Assembly: GCA_000320545.1 (NCBI GenBank)
Contig: ADNK01001472.1
Location: 28,382 to 92,381, forward strand
Origin: Bigelowiella natans CCMP2755
Lineage: Eukaryota > Protista > Cercozoa
DNA length: 64,000 nucleotides
Direction: 5' to 3'
The position numbers and the translations under genes are program-made. Of the stretch, positions 42,069 through 56,828 are shown in pieces. Positions within the stretch are counted from its first letter, which is position 1, and each line of letters starts with the position of its first letter. The notes under the pieces are model-generated. The model saw only the letters and a program-made list of their open reading frames with translations, was not told the DNA's origin and did no database searches.

Positions 42069-42110
<42 letters not shown>

Positions 42111-42714
42111 GCGGAATTGCTATGACGATGTGGATGATGATGATGATGGTAAACAATTTTCGCAAAAAAGAAATTTGTTTGGAGGAGCAAAGTGTAAAGG
42201 TGCGTGCAATGGTATCTCTCTTATTGCCACACATGCTGCAGATGATCAAACTACTTCTTCCTCTTCCTTCCCCTTCTCCTCTTCCTTCTTCTTGTATTAA
42301 TGTGTTCTTCTTACAAGGCCACCACCACCATATGGGTTTGCAGAGTGATTTCGGTTGCTGCAATTTCAATGTGGCTGTTTTCCAGCGTTGTAGTAGAGGT
42401 ATGGTGCAATTTCAATGTGGCTGTTTTCCAGCGTTGTAGAGGTATGGTGCTTGAAGAAGACAAATGGAGTCATGAAAGCGCAGCTGCAGCAAATGTGTGA
42501 ATCCTCGCTCATTTTCATTACTGTTGTCACTATCATTACTATTATCATTATTTTTTATTATTATCGTTATTATAGTTATTATTTTTGTTATTTTCTCACA
42601 CATAACATCTTCCCGCAGGATGATCATCATTGGAGAAAGCAATTGCCTTTTTCGTCATTGATTTCGATGACCGTCAAGGAATTTGTTCCCTCTACTTCGC
42701 AACATGGTCTACTA

Positions 42715-42860
42715 GTACTGTTGAGCTCTGTCTTTGATTCCTCCTCAACAGTACTGTTGAGCTCTATCTTTGATTCCTCCTCAACAGTAGATCGTCATCA
42801 TCATCTGTTGAGCTCTATCTTTGATTCCTCCTCAACAGTAGATCGTCATCGTCATCATCA
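42715..42860. repeat. Local tandem duplication, 3 copies of CTGTTGAGCTCT(A/G)TCTTTGATTCCTCCTCAACAGTA
   Basis: Read directly; each unit is itself a hairpin (CTGTTGAG...CTCAACAG). Confidence 0.85.
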
Positions 42861-43160
42861 TCGGTTTGAAGGATACAACAAGGGGGGAGGGAAATCTAGA
42901 CGCCAGGGCAACCGATTCCATGGACTTGGGTAATAAATAATAATACCAAGTTATTATTACACGTTATCATACACACTACGTAATAATACGCCTTTCTTTG
43001 TAGCATCATTCATGGCATGCAGTTTTCTTTTGCGCAACGAATAAATCAAAGTATAATTCTTCTTGTTCTTCTTCCTCTTCTACCCATCATCCCCTCGAAA
43101 TAGGTATGGAGACTCGACGAAAACCGTACCGCTTGGAAGGTCTACAGATAGAGAAACAGG

Positions 43161-43193
<33 letters not shown>

Positions 43194-43416
43194 GCTGCGC
43201 CCTCTTCCTCTTCTTCCTCCTCCTCTTCCTCCTCCTGCTGTGCATACCACACCACCCTCATAAAAGATGGTGGTGATGGTGATGATGATGCTGTACTCCT
43301 CCTCCTCTTGTTTCGAGCAGTAGTGGGGGAATAGAAAGAGAGGAGAGGAGGAGTAGGGTGGGTGGAATAAGATAAAACCTGAGCGGTCCAATAGTTTCAA
43401 ATAATACTACAAATTA

Positions 43417-43449
<33 letters not shown>

Positions 43450-43501
43450 CGGTTGGTTGGTAGTTGTGGTTGTTGTTGTTGTTGTTGCTTGAAATGCTAA
43501 C

Positions 43502-43534
<33 letters not shown>

Positions 43535-43881
43535 TACCACTACATCACACATCTCCAATTACAGGACTCAGCCATGGCAGAGTAGTGAGATTAAAGGTGG
43601 TAGATGACGATGGTGATGATGATGATGAAGATATTTCGAGATATACTGTCATAGTGGCATGACTACACTTGAAGCAGCAGCAGCAGCAATAAGTAATAGC
43701 ATCTAGAAGATGATATCGATGATGGATAAAATGAACATGAGCAGTCCCTCCTCCCCCTCCCCCTCCTGTTCTCCTAAGCCATAAGCTAAAATTAATATCG
43801 CTAGTAGTAGTGGTAGTAGCGTGTGGTTGCTGTTAATAGTTCATTTGTGCCCTTTGCGTCGCATACATGCAGCATCACTCT

Positions 43882-43916
<35 letters not shown>

Positions 43917-44117
43917 TTACTACTACTTCCATCAGGCTGCATACATGTAGCGTCACTTCTACTACTACTACTACTACTATTACTACTACTATTACTGAAA
44001 CTACTACATGTTGCATCACTATTAATTAATTACTACCACTACCACTACTTCTAATACTACTACTTACTACTTACTACTACAACAACTACTACTACTACTA
44101 CTACTACTACCATTAGG

Positions 44118-44448
44118 CTGCATGTGATAGACAGTTGCCAGAAACTCTCATGTCCTCTTTAAAAGCGCACGATGGAGCAATATATGTGGTGAGATACTCA
44201 ACTACTATTTATACTAGCACTCGTAATAATATACTGTTATCTTGTGTATGTAGATTCGATATGATAAGGACGGCACCTACATAATGAGCGCGGGTGAGGA
44301 TAAATGCGTGCGGCTTTGGAATGCAAGGCAAGGGACCTTGGTGAAGACATATCCCGTTGAGCACACGTACGTACGTACGTACGTAGTAGTAGTAGTGGCA
44401 TGTTGGAGTATTAATCCTACTAACATAACATCACAGAAACAATATAAC

Positions 44449-44480
<32 letters not shown>

Positions 44481-44630
44481 TAACAAATATCGAAAAAATG
44501 TAGCAGCCATTGCAGGAATTCGTGTTAGTTCATCAACTGAATAATAGCAGCCTCTCAATTATTACCAACTGATGAAAGTTATCATAGTAGATATTCATCT
44601 TAGTGTACATATCTTCGACAATATGTATAT

Positions 44631-44668
<38 letters not shown>

Positions 44669-46189
44669 CACACATGTATATATTTGTGTGTGTGTGTGTG
44701 TGTGTGTAGGGGCATTCATCTCTTTCCCCCCTCCCCCCTTTTTTGATCCTCCTCCTCCTCCTCCTCCTCCTCCTCCTCCTCCTCTTTGTTCCTATTACTA
44801 CTACTACTACTACTACTACACTATTTCTTTCCCTTCCCCTTCCTCCTCCTCCTCCTCCTCCTCCTCCTCTTCCTACTACTACTACTACTACTACTACTAC
44901 TATTCCTTTCCCTTCCCCTTCTCCTCCGCAGGGCTGGGATAACTGACCTCCTGATTATGAGGAATCGTGATAGATTCATTACAGCAGGTTCTACTACTTA
45001 CTACTGCAACTACTACTATTAGTATTTCTATCGGCGTATATGCGTTAACTTGTAAACAACATAATCGTATGAAATGATGATGAGAGTAAAACAATTAATA
45101 AAAATCACGACTCCTCTCCTTCACCTCCCCCGTCTCGTCTTTTGTCTCACTCCTTCCCTGTATTTCCTCTCTCTCCACATGAGTATGATGATGATGATGA
45201 TGATCATGATGATGATTATTCTGTTCGCTAGATGAAAAAGGGAATGTGCTAATGTGGGACTCTGTGCGTGGGGTTAGTCTTGATTTATCCGTCAACGTAG
45301 CACCCATAAGGATGATGATGATGATGACGATGATGGCGATGATTGTAATGATGATGATAGTGGGATCGATCGCTGTAGGTTTGGATTTACTCATTGCACA
45401 CTGACTTAGTAGTGGTAGTTCTTCTTCTTAGTAGACACATCTGCATTGTGAGGCAGATACATCACTATTTGTTTTTTTTCAGTAGTGCCATACTGTTATT
45501 TTGATTTGATCTGTTTCTATATATCGTTCCCCTTTCTTCCCCTTCCCCCTCTTCTTCTTCTTCTTCTTCTTCTTCTTCTTCTTCTTCTTCCCATCTTCCT
45601 TTATTCTTCTATTCTTCTGTTCTATTTTTTGTTGGTGGTACTACGTAATTAATGATATGAGGTGGTAATACGTCGTTTCCGTGGTTGCCCCCCTTCCAAC
45701 GTAGCTGGTGTTACTTCAATGGCTCTTAATTCTGTGCGTAGTCATTCATCCCTCATTGATAAATATTATTGATTTGTTGATTGATAGTCATCCTCATTGA
45801 TAATCTAGCACTACTCATTTACTTGTTTTTCACTTATCTGCAGTAGAATCAATTCATGAATGAAAGTATAAATATGTGATAATGTCACATTGACCTCTCA
45901 CACTATTAATTTGATTTAATCTCTTCCCCTCCCTCCATCCAATACGGCCACGGTATCATGTTTTTGGGTCTCCTTCTTCAGGACGAGTCAATCTTGTGTA
46001 GCGCTTGTACAAATGGAATAGTGTACATATGGGACCTTGCAGCAGCAGCAGCAGCATCTTCTCACCAGTCGCTAGTGCCATTGCAGATTCTTGACCATGC
46101 AAATGGTTGTATCATCACTTCCCTCTTTCTTTCACAGGTGCCTATGAAAAACAAACAAATAAATACATGTCGGGCAATTGTGTCTACTG

Positions 46190-46220
<31 letters not shown>

Positions 46221-47992
46221 ATTATAATTTTCTGTGTATTCCTTGCTGATTGATTGATTGCCCCATTGTACGTAGTACTTTTTTTTCTTATGACATATTC
46301 TAGAATCTTGTTGCTTATCTTTCTCCTCATCTTCCCCCCGACCTTCTCATCCTCCCTCCTGAACCATCACCAGCCTATTCTATTCGTTGGCTGTGCTGAC
46401 GGAAAATTACGTGCTTACGATGTGCGAAGTGGAAAGGTGGTCTAATAATAATAACAGCCGTAAGTATAACAACACATAATGAAATAATGATAAAGGATGA
46501 TGGTCGTGGGGAAAAAAGGGAAGAAAAGGATAAAGAAGCTATGCTATTTGAAATTTTAGTATAGGAACAAGTATTGTTGTAGTGACCTAACAACCCCCTT
46601 CCAAATATTTGAAATATATCGTTCAGCTTCTCGTACGGAAGTTCTTTCGAGATCACCCTGAAGGCAGACTAGGAAGGGATAATAATAATAGCTGTAGTTG
46701 TCGTAGCAGTAGTAGAAGAGGAGGAAGAGGAAGAAATTCCATCATCGGTGTGAGCTCCGTATCTGTGTCTAAGGTGCTTTAGCAGTACGATATCCTACTT
46801 ATGTTGTTGTTGTAGTTGTTGATGTTTTTGATATTCTTACTGTTGTTGTTGATTCCCATATCATTCAATATACATCACCCATATCATCAATATCATCATT
46901 ATCTGTAACAACAACAACAACGACAACTTTTTGAAGGACATTCGTCATCGGTGTTCCCGTATTTATTTCCATCATCATCAAAGATTCTAATCATGATTCG
47001 TTAACAATATGCACTAATTCTTCTATATTTGCGATGGATAAATCGGCCAATTCTGAAAGGACTCACGACTGCTTCTTGTTAGCTGTTTGGACCACACTTT
47101 GAGGTTGATTGATGTTACACGATGATATTAACGATGATGATGATAATGGTAGTGATCATATCCTATGTTTGAGACTGCTAGCGAACAGAAATAACAAGTA
47201 TTATCTGAAGAGCATAGTAATGTGCCTAAATGTGGTGTCTCATCATCATCATCCATCGTCTTCTTCTCAGGCTAATTGATCGACGAAGTGGAGTGGAACT
47301 TAAATGCTATAAAGGGCACAAAAATTGGTAGGTATAAATATGGGTTTGATGGGGTCATCTTTAAGCGAGATGAAAACACTATATGTCGTCACGCCGCACC
47401 TTCCCCCTCCTCCTACCTAGCTTTTTTATACTGTTCTTTGTGTTGGTGTGTTGGTATTCTTCTATTACGTAGGAAACTACGGCTACGAAGTGAATTTGTT
47501 TGGGATAATTCACTGATTGCCACTCCTTCGGAAGTAAGTATATAATTACATTACGACGCTGTAGATATTATAGTTATTGTTTCGGCTCCTCTCCCCACGT
47601 TTTATTGTTATATATGCTGATTGTATTTGTTCCTCTATAACTATTTAAGGATGGGAAAATATATTTCTGGAACCTTGTAACGGGACGTTTGTTGGTACAT
47701 ACAAATTCCAGTGAACCCTCCTACTTTCATTCTCTCTTAAAGAGCATTTAACGACAAACCTTTTTTTAAAATGTAAGTCAAGTGTACAGCATGGCCACGA
47801 GGCATCCCTTTGCACGGCATTTAATCCGAAGGTTGTAGAAGAATTAATGAACATCATATTATTTCATTCCCCTTCTCGATACGTAGTCTTCATGAAGTTG
47901 TATTCAAAAAGGGCGAAAGTTTTGTTAGCGGCGGCAGCGATGGATATATTCGGATATGGAGGACAACAGGAGAATCGTCTACGGCATATTAA
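44118..47992 (+). CDS. WDR83: WD40 protein, WDR83/MORG1-like; multi-exon
   Basis: LKAHDGAIYV / IRYDKDGTYIMSAGEDKCVRLWNARQGTLVKTY, VIRRFRG, DESILCSAC..VYIWDL..PLQILD, LFVGCADGKLRAYDVRSG, and a final exon ESFVSGGSDGYIRIW..Y*. The true first exon was not identified. Confidence 0.78.
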
Positions 47993-48621
47993 TAACGTAC
48001 CGATATTATGCAGTATTACTTTAACTAATCGCACATGGACGTTACACTACAACATGTTAGCATAAAATTACCTCGTTACTATCTCACGTGCGCTGCTATA
48101 GCGCATGTCAGCAGCTATGTCGCAGGACATGGCACAAGCAGCTTGTGTGACGACGGCAAACTGCAGCGAGCGCTAGCAGACACCAATTCTGAAGGCTGTT
48201 GCTACTACTAGACTAATACTAGCTTTTATTACACGGATATGTCACTTCTATATCGGAGATGCCGTTAAATATACTTTGTAGCTTTGTCTCTAATTGCCGT
48301 CGTTTCTATCTATGTAGCATATAGACTGCTTATTATTGCAATATTGTCTATGATATTATCAAATATCCAGTTTCGCAGTCATCATGTATGCTTATTAGAT
48401 TTGCAAGTGTCACAGCAGTACTATTTAGCGATGCATGCATGCACAAATGATGCATGTGCGTTCGTGTAGTACGTATGCATGCACAAGTGCATGTGCGTTC
48501 GTGTAGTACTTGAGTAACCTATCGAGCTACTAAAAGCACACACCCACCCCCCACACGCACATATGTTGTCATCATATCATCTTCATCATTGTCGCTTGTG
48601 ACAAAAATTGCATACATTGTG

Positions 48622-48659
<38 letters not shown>

Positions 48660-48666
48660 ATATATA

Positions 48667-48715
<49 letters not shown>

Positions 48716-48724
48716 TATGTCTGT

Positions 48725-48792
48725 TAGCTACATTAGCGTGACCATTGAAAAATATAATTTATTCATTACATCCGTCTCATATGTCTCTATGT
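48725..48792. repeat. Dispersed element R2, copy 4
   Basis: AGCTACATTAGCGTGACCATTGAAAAAT..TTCATTACATCCGTCTCATATGT. Confidence 0.8.
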
Positions 48793-48885
48793 GCGCAATT
48801 ACGGCTGCTATGCACAGTCGTCTGCTGCACATAGTTACGAAGTCATATAGTGTTAAGAATATGCTTCGCATTTATCATATGTTGA

Positions 48886-51546
<2,661 letters not shown>

Positions 51547-51935
51547 AACGCTTTAGTCGTCATCATTTTCTAGCCCTCCTTCCCACAGTCACATCATTGT
51601 CGGTAAGGGCTCAGAATGCCCATTAACTATCGTAGATTTTCGTCTAAATCCCCTATGATTTGCGTAGATTTTGGGAGATGCACAGGTTGAGGGGGGCTAT
51701 CGACACGCGCTACCTGGGGCTTGGCCGCCATTCGAGGCGGACATTTGCGATGATGATGATGATGATGATGAATTCCTACTACTGACTACTCTCTTTCTAA
51801 TTCTACAACATTACGGTATTATTATTGTTCATTGTTGCTAAAAATGGATCGGGTTTGCAAAGAACGACTACCATTATGCTCTGTCGTCGTACCAGTAGTA
51901 TCATCACCTCACATCTTCTTGCTTTTTGCTGCTAC

Positions 51936-53268
51936 GAGGATTCACCATTTTCCAGGTGGCAGATTCTGGAAAGAAAACATCATCGAAACTTCCCACTGAA
52001 GCCGTTTCGCACACTGCAATTGTCTTGCAACGTTTTGGAAATGCAGTTCATCATCGATCATTGTTCTTGTTCATTGTTCCCACTTTGCATCCTCACTGCT
52101 TTTCACATCAAAACACACGTTTGGTTTGCCAATGTCTCCGCAAAACCCGGGGATGTTGAGGTTGGCGTGAAGCTCGTGCATCCAAATGGACCATGAAGGA
52201 TGAGTGTGTCCTCCTCCAACTCTGGAACTTTGTGCCACATGCCATCCAGCAGGGCCAATGTCTCCGCAAAAGCCGGGCATGTTGTGGTTGGCGTGAAGCT
52301 CGTGTGTCCAAGTGGACCACGAAGGAGTGGTCCGTGTGGGCGAGTCACGTTTGACACACCCGATGGTCCTTTCAACACTGGAACACTCCTGGCACAGCAC
52401 GTGGTCCTTTCAGTTCTGGAGTTGCGTGGGTGCACCGTTCAGTGTTGCCACTGGCCAGGTCTGGAGCTGGCCAGGTCTGGACTGCTAGACTGGTGGAGGT
52501 TGCTGGACATCGGAACTTGCAACCGCTTCACGTCAAAAAGAATCTTGAAACTTTGGATCGACTGCGTTGCCAAAGTGTTACACGCCACTTCCAGACTTGC
52601 AAAGTGCGAAGTGTGGTGCCTCGAGAGCTGAAGTTTCAACGAGGACCAGAGGACTGGAACTGTTTGTCCATTGCAAGCTGGCACGTTGCTGGCGTTGGCT
52701 GCCATGACTGGATGAGGGCGTGTCTGCTGCATGATTAGATGACTGGCTTGCATTGACTGCTTCAACTTTCCCCAAAGTTTCGGCAGCGAGAGCGAGTGAA
52801 GGACCTGACTAGCTGAACACTGTGCATGTCACTGCCATGCCAGCATGCCAGCATCTAGGCATGGGTTGGGTTCCAGGCTAGCAGGGTTGGACTTGGCCTG
52901 GCTAGCTTGTCGCTCGCCTCAAAAAATCAGCACCAGCATGGCTAGATGGCTTCATCGTTGCTGTCCACACTGCTGGACTGGCACAGCCAGGCATTGCCAC
53001 TCTAGCACTCCAGCACTGGATGACGAAGTGCCAGAGTTCGACATCCGCATGCGGCGTGCTCATCTCTAGATCTGAACATGAGAACATTGCCATTTGAATG
53101 GTTTGTTTCGGTTTCCAAGTCATGCGCGATGCCCAGCCACCAAAATCTTCGTCATGCATGCACATCAGACATCTGCACACACAAGATGGTCCAAATGTCC
53201 ATTCCTGCACAATGTTGAGGAGGATGGACAATGACTAGAATGAACTTGAATTGCGATGAGCTGAGAGT
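51936..53268. mobile_element. TpA-depleted island 2: degenerate repeat-derived DNA
   Basis: 11 TpA in ~1330 bp (9 CTAG, 1 TTAG, 1 TTAC). Contains R1 3' fragment C (~51990-52080) and an internal 73-bp direct duplication (52128-52200 / 52254-52326). Confidence 0.7.
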
Positions 53269-53478
53269 TACATGTGGAATGTGACAATCTATGTGTGCAT
53301 TTGGTGCAATTAAAGGACCGCCATTACGAATCTTCGACAATCGTGTTGGCGTAAGAGCGGATACTTCCAGGAGTGTTGTGTATGAAGAGGGCGATGTAAA
53401 TTGTAAAATTTTCGGGGGAATGTTAGAAAAAAGTGGTGCAATCAACACAATCTTCTATACCCTTCAACCAGGTGCACA

Positions 53479-55286
53479 CTATTTCTGACTTTGGCTTAAC
53501 ATTAATTCGGCATCTTTAGCTTCTTGCTCTTCTTGGGTCTGAAAGACCTTAAATCTTATCTTGTCAAGTTCCTTCCCAATGACCTGCAACCAATTGGAAT
53601 TGTGAAAATATGCATTTCAAAAGAAACTTTCATTCGTAGCACCTTGTGAGTAAATTCAAAGATCTTTGTTTTACTCGATTCTGTAAGCCCTCTCTTTCCA
53701 AACTAATTAAAATTTTATTTGAGCTCAGAACTTGGTAATATCAATTTTCAAAACAATACTATGCTCACATCATACTGCCACGCAGGGTCATCTGATTGGC
53801 TCTGCATGATAAGTTGGTCTTTCTTCTTAGAGCGAGTCAGATACCTTTAATATATTTTCATTTATGAAGTTAACGAAACAATTCCCTAGAATATCAAAAT
53901 ATCATAATATCCAAAAACATATATTACATTTGCTTGACGAACTTGACACGGATTAACTCGTCCACATTCCCGAAAAGAGGATGATGTGTATTTTTTTTAA
54001 TTCCAAGTTTCTTAAGGCATTCCCATAATTTTACGCTCATGATGGGTCCTTTATTCAGCAGGATAAGACTGTATATAGTCTGAAGGATAAAGTAATCAGC
54101 AGGGATTATTTCTTCCACAGATTTCAAATTCAATACCATCAGAAGGCCTTGGATAGGAAGTTCGCTTTTGGCTAATATATTTAATCTCTGTAAAAGGAAC
54201 ATGTACATTACTTGATTACCTGACAGTCTATAATTTGACAAACCTTAATGCCCTTAGCATTTTTATTTGCATTCATGAGTATGAACGTATTGGTTCCTAT
54301 GCATTCAAAGAATAATCATTCCTTAATCTTTAGTCTTCTCTATTTGTTCAAAAATTACCCAGAGCCGTAGACCGAGGTCTCTTTCTCTTTTCTCTTTTAG
54401 AAGATTGTTTCGAGTTTTCGTAAACTTCCTGAAGCTGAAGTGTAAGCATAAAAGTGAGCGAAAATCATATCCACAGACTAGTTTGTTTTGTGGAGGACCT
54501 TCCTCAGCTCATAACCGAAAATATTCATAAATCTCTTTTTAACGATCTTCATGACCATATCATTCGAAAGTCTGGAAATATGAACGAGGTCAGCTAGGTT
54601 GAAGTACCCAAAAAAAAAAAATCGCAAACGAACTACCTAGATTGCCGATGTTGTCTTGCAATAATTTTCGAGATGGCGCTCATTTTAACTGGAATACGTT
54701 GACTATTCTTGAGCAAAATAAAGTTCATGACATTCCCCACGATTCCATTCATTTCCTTTGGTAAACATGCTTCATCTTCGGTTCTTTAGCAGAGCATGTG
54801 CTGCTCATTTACATGAATGGACTGTACCTCTTCGTTGTACCCACGCTCTTGGGAGAGCTTTTCTTCATAATCCTCCTTGAAAATAAAATTATACTGCTTG
54901 AAGGCTCAGCTTCCATTAAATTGATATTTGAGGAAATCACATGCACTTACTTTATCTAACGAAATTTCTTCTGGGATCATCTTATCGTCCTCGGAATATT
55001 CAGACTTTTCATCATTTTGGTTTGCTGCTGCCAAAAATATGCAAGTCTTTATATGATCTTTTGTCGAGTATGTTATCACCTCTTTCATCGTTTTCTTCCA
55101 TCCCCTCGCTCTTATCCTGTGGGTTCATTTGGCTGTGACGTTGGCTGTACTGCATCTCATTCTAAAAAAACAGTTTAAATCATGGAATAGATTGTGCATA
55201 TGTCTCTCATACGCTCGCACTTCTTCTTCCTCATCGTCGGATTCGACTTTTGCCCTTCGGTTCCTCCTGGACCTTCGATTACTCAT
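53479..55286 (-). CDS. NSMCE3: MAGE-family protein, SMC5/6 subunit NSE3-like; multi-exon
   Basis: VGNVMNFILLKNSQRIPVK, KKRFMNIFGYELRKV, PIQGLLM / TIYSLILLN..VKLWECLKKLGI...HHPLFGNVDELIRVKFVKQM / YL, and FGKRGLTESSKTKIFEF match the MAGE homology domain. Confidence 0.85.
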
Positions 55287-55513
55287 TTGTTGACGACGGA
55301 AACACCTTCAGTGCAGGTTTGGAAATGCCTTCGCGCCTTGTTGAGAGCCGATTTTTAATCTTCTTCTTTATTTAATTTATTTCTTCGGCGAACGGGTTTT
55401 CTTGTTGCTTTGCTGCCTTCAATGAAAACGGTGCACTTTCTTGCCCATCAGGGGCAACAACAACAACAATGATGATGATGATGATGGCCAAAGTGAACTT
55501 TGTGAAGGTTGCA

Positions 55514-55772
55514 TGATCCAATCGTAGATCGTCGTGTGGACATGGCCTTCAGGAAGTTTTTGCTCAGAGTGGAGGTCTTGCGCCGTCAGAATTTTGCCGC
55601 TAGTGTCATTGCTTCTCAATGACCAAGTCATGCCATTTTGGCAAACCAGCTAGTTGATTTGCTAGTCACAGTCCTCACTGAAACCAGTTCGAGGCACTGC
55701 ATTTTGCACACTGCAAGTGTCTTGCAACACTTTGGAAACGCAGTTCTTCATCATTGTTTCATTGTTTCATTG
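55514..55772 (+). repeat. Dispersed repeat R1, copy B
   Basis: Aligns with the reverse complement of 4073-4338; tail CATCATTGTTTCATTGTTTCATTG. Confidence 0.85.
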
Positions 55773-56647
55773 CATGCATCATTGTCTTTGTCTTTGAAGA
55801 TTGAAGGTCAATTCCAAGCGAATGGATCTAGGGATGGGCCAGTCGTCGGTCTTCTGGTCTTTCGCATTCCGGCCACCGTGCAGTTTCGATGATGAAATGG
55901 ACGCTTCAGTTGGTGGAGCACTGGAGCGTTCTGGGGTGGTGCGATGAGGGGCTGGTTGCTAGAAGTGCAAGAGTGCATGAGCCAGTGTGAGGTTGAACTT
56001 TGCACACACAAGTTGTCCTCGCACGTGACCCAGGTGACGGGGTGAACTTTGTCAAGAGTTGTGCAGGCGGCAAGTGCGTGCACACACGCAGAGCACGACC
56101 ACAGCGCAGCCTCACCAGCTCTCGGCGCTCGGCGGTGAACGGCGTGGTGTTGTGCGCACCATCCGAACAAGCCCCTTGCAACAGCTAGCCAGCACCAGCA
56201 TTGCAGTGTGGACAGGGAACAACGTGTGCACGTGGTGTTCCGCCTGTGTCCATCGTCAGCCAGACTGGCAGCAGAGCGATGAGCACCTGCACGAGGCTGC
56301 AGCTCGCCGCAGCAAGCTTCGCACGTGCAGCAACATGCCAGGAAACCCAGGCGCTGGTGCAATCCTGCACGTTGGTCTTTTCTGGTCATGTCCGCCGGGT
56401 CTTCGAACACAACCGCAGACGTGCAACACTGGAACGCCATTGTGCTGGCGTGCACTGAGCAGTGCAAGTCTTGACGCCTGGACCAGTGGAACGAACGCGC
56501 ACGTGTGGACGTTTGGAAGGTGTTGCTCTCTGGCTCTGATGCTCCTGGGCTTGCAAAGTGCACGCAAGTTCCTGAACCTGATCGTTCAAGGGCTCATCAG
56601 TCTAGCAGTGCTGGAGTGTCCCTGCAACGGCTTGCTTGAAAAACAAA

Positions 56648-56828
56648 TGTCAAATTGACCATTCTGCCAAACTTTGAGTGTTTCATTTTTCCAATTTGAC
56701 ATCTGTGCAATCTGAAAGTGTCAAAATCAATTTTGCACATGTTTGACCAACAGTTTGCCTCATTGATTTGACAATTTTCGTGCAAAAATGTCAAATTGAC
56801 ACTTTTTTCACTGATTTTTCATGGTGTG
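56648..56828. mobile_element. Putative DNA-transposon subterminal region/end
   Basis: Cluster of TGTCAAA/TTTGACA motifs in both orientations (TGTCAAATTGAC at 56648 and 56789), ending in TTTTTCATGGTGTG. No partner terminal repeat was found. Confidence 0.35.

Noticed and set aside
42715-42860. Hairpin repeats resembling CRISPR direct repeats
   Set aside because: Only three copies, with zero-length or simple-repeat spacers. Local slippage duplication is sufficient to explain them.
41200-43400. Possible additional minus-strand gene between CIAO1 and WDR83
   Set aside because: Some exon-like hydrophobic stretches exist, but I could not build a consistent spliced frame or recognise a family.
55514-55772. 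R1 as a tRNA-derived SINE head or hammerhead ribozyme
   Set aside because: No clear A/B boxes (only GTTCGA) and no CUGANGA...GAAA core.
55808-56658. Long overlapping ORFs (251 aa, 199 aa) in island 3, and similar ORFs in islands 1 and 2
   Set aside because: They are Tyr-free or nearly so, Cys/His-rich and open in several frames on both strands, as expected when TAA/TAG stops are erased by TpA loss. No protein family was recognised.
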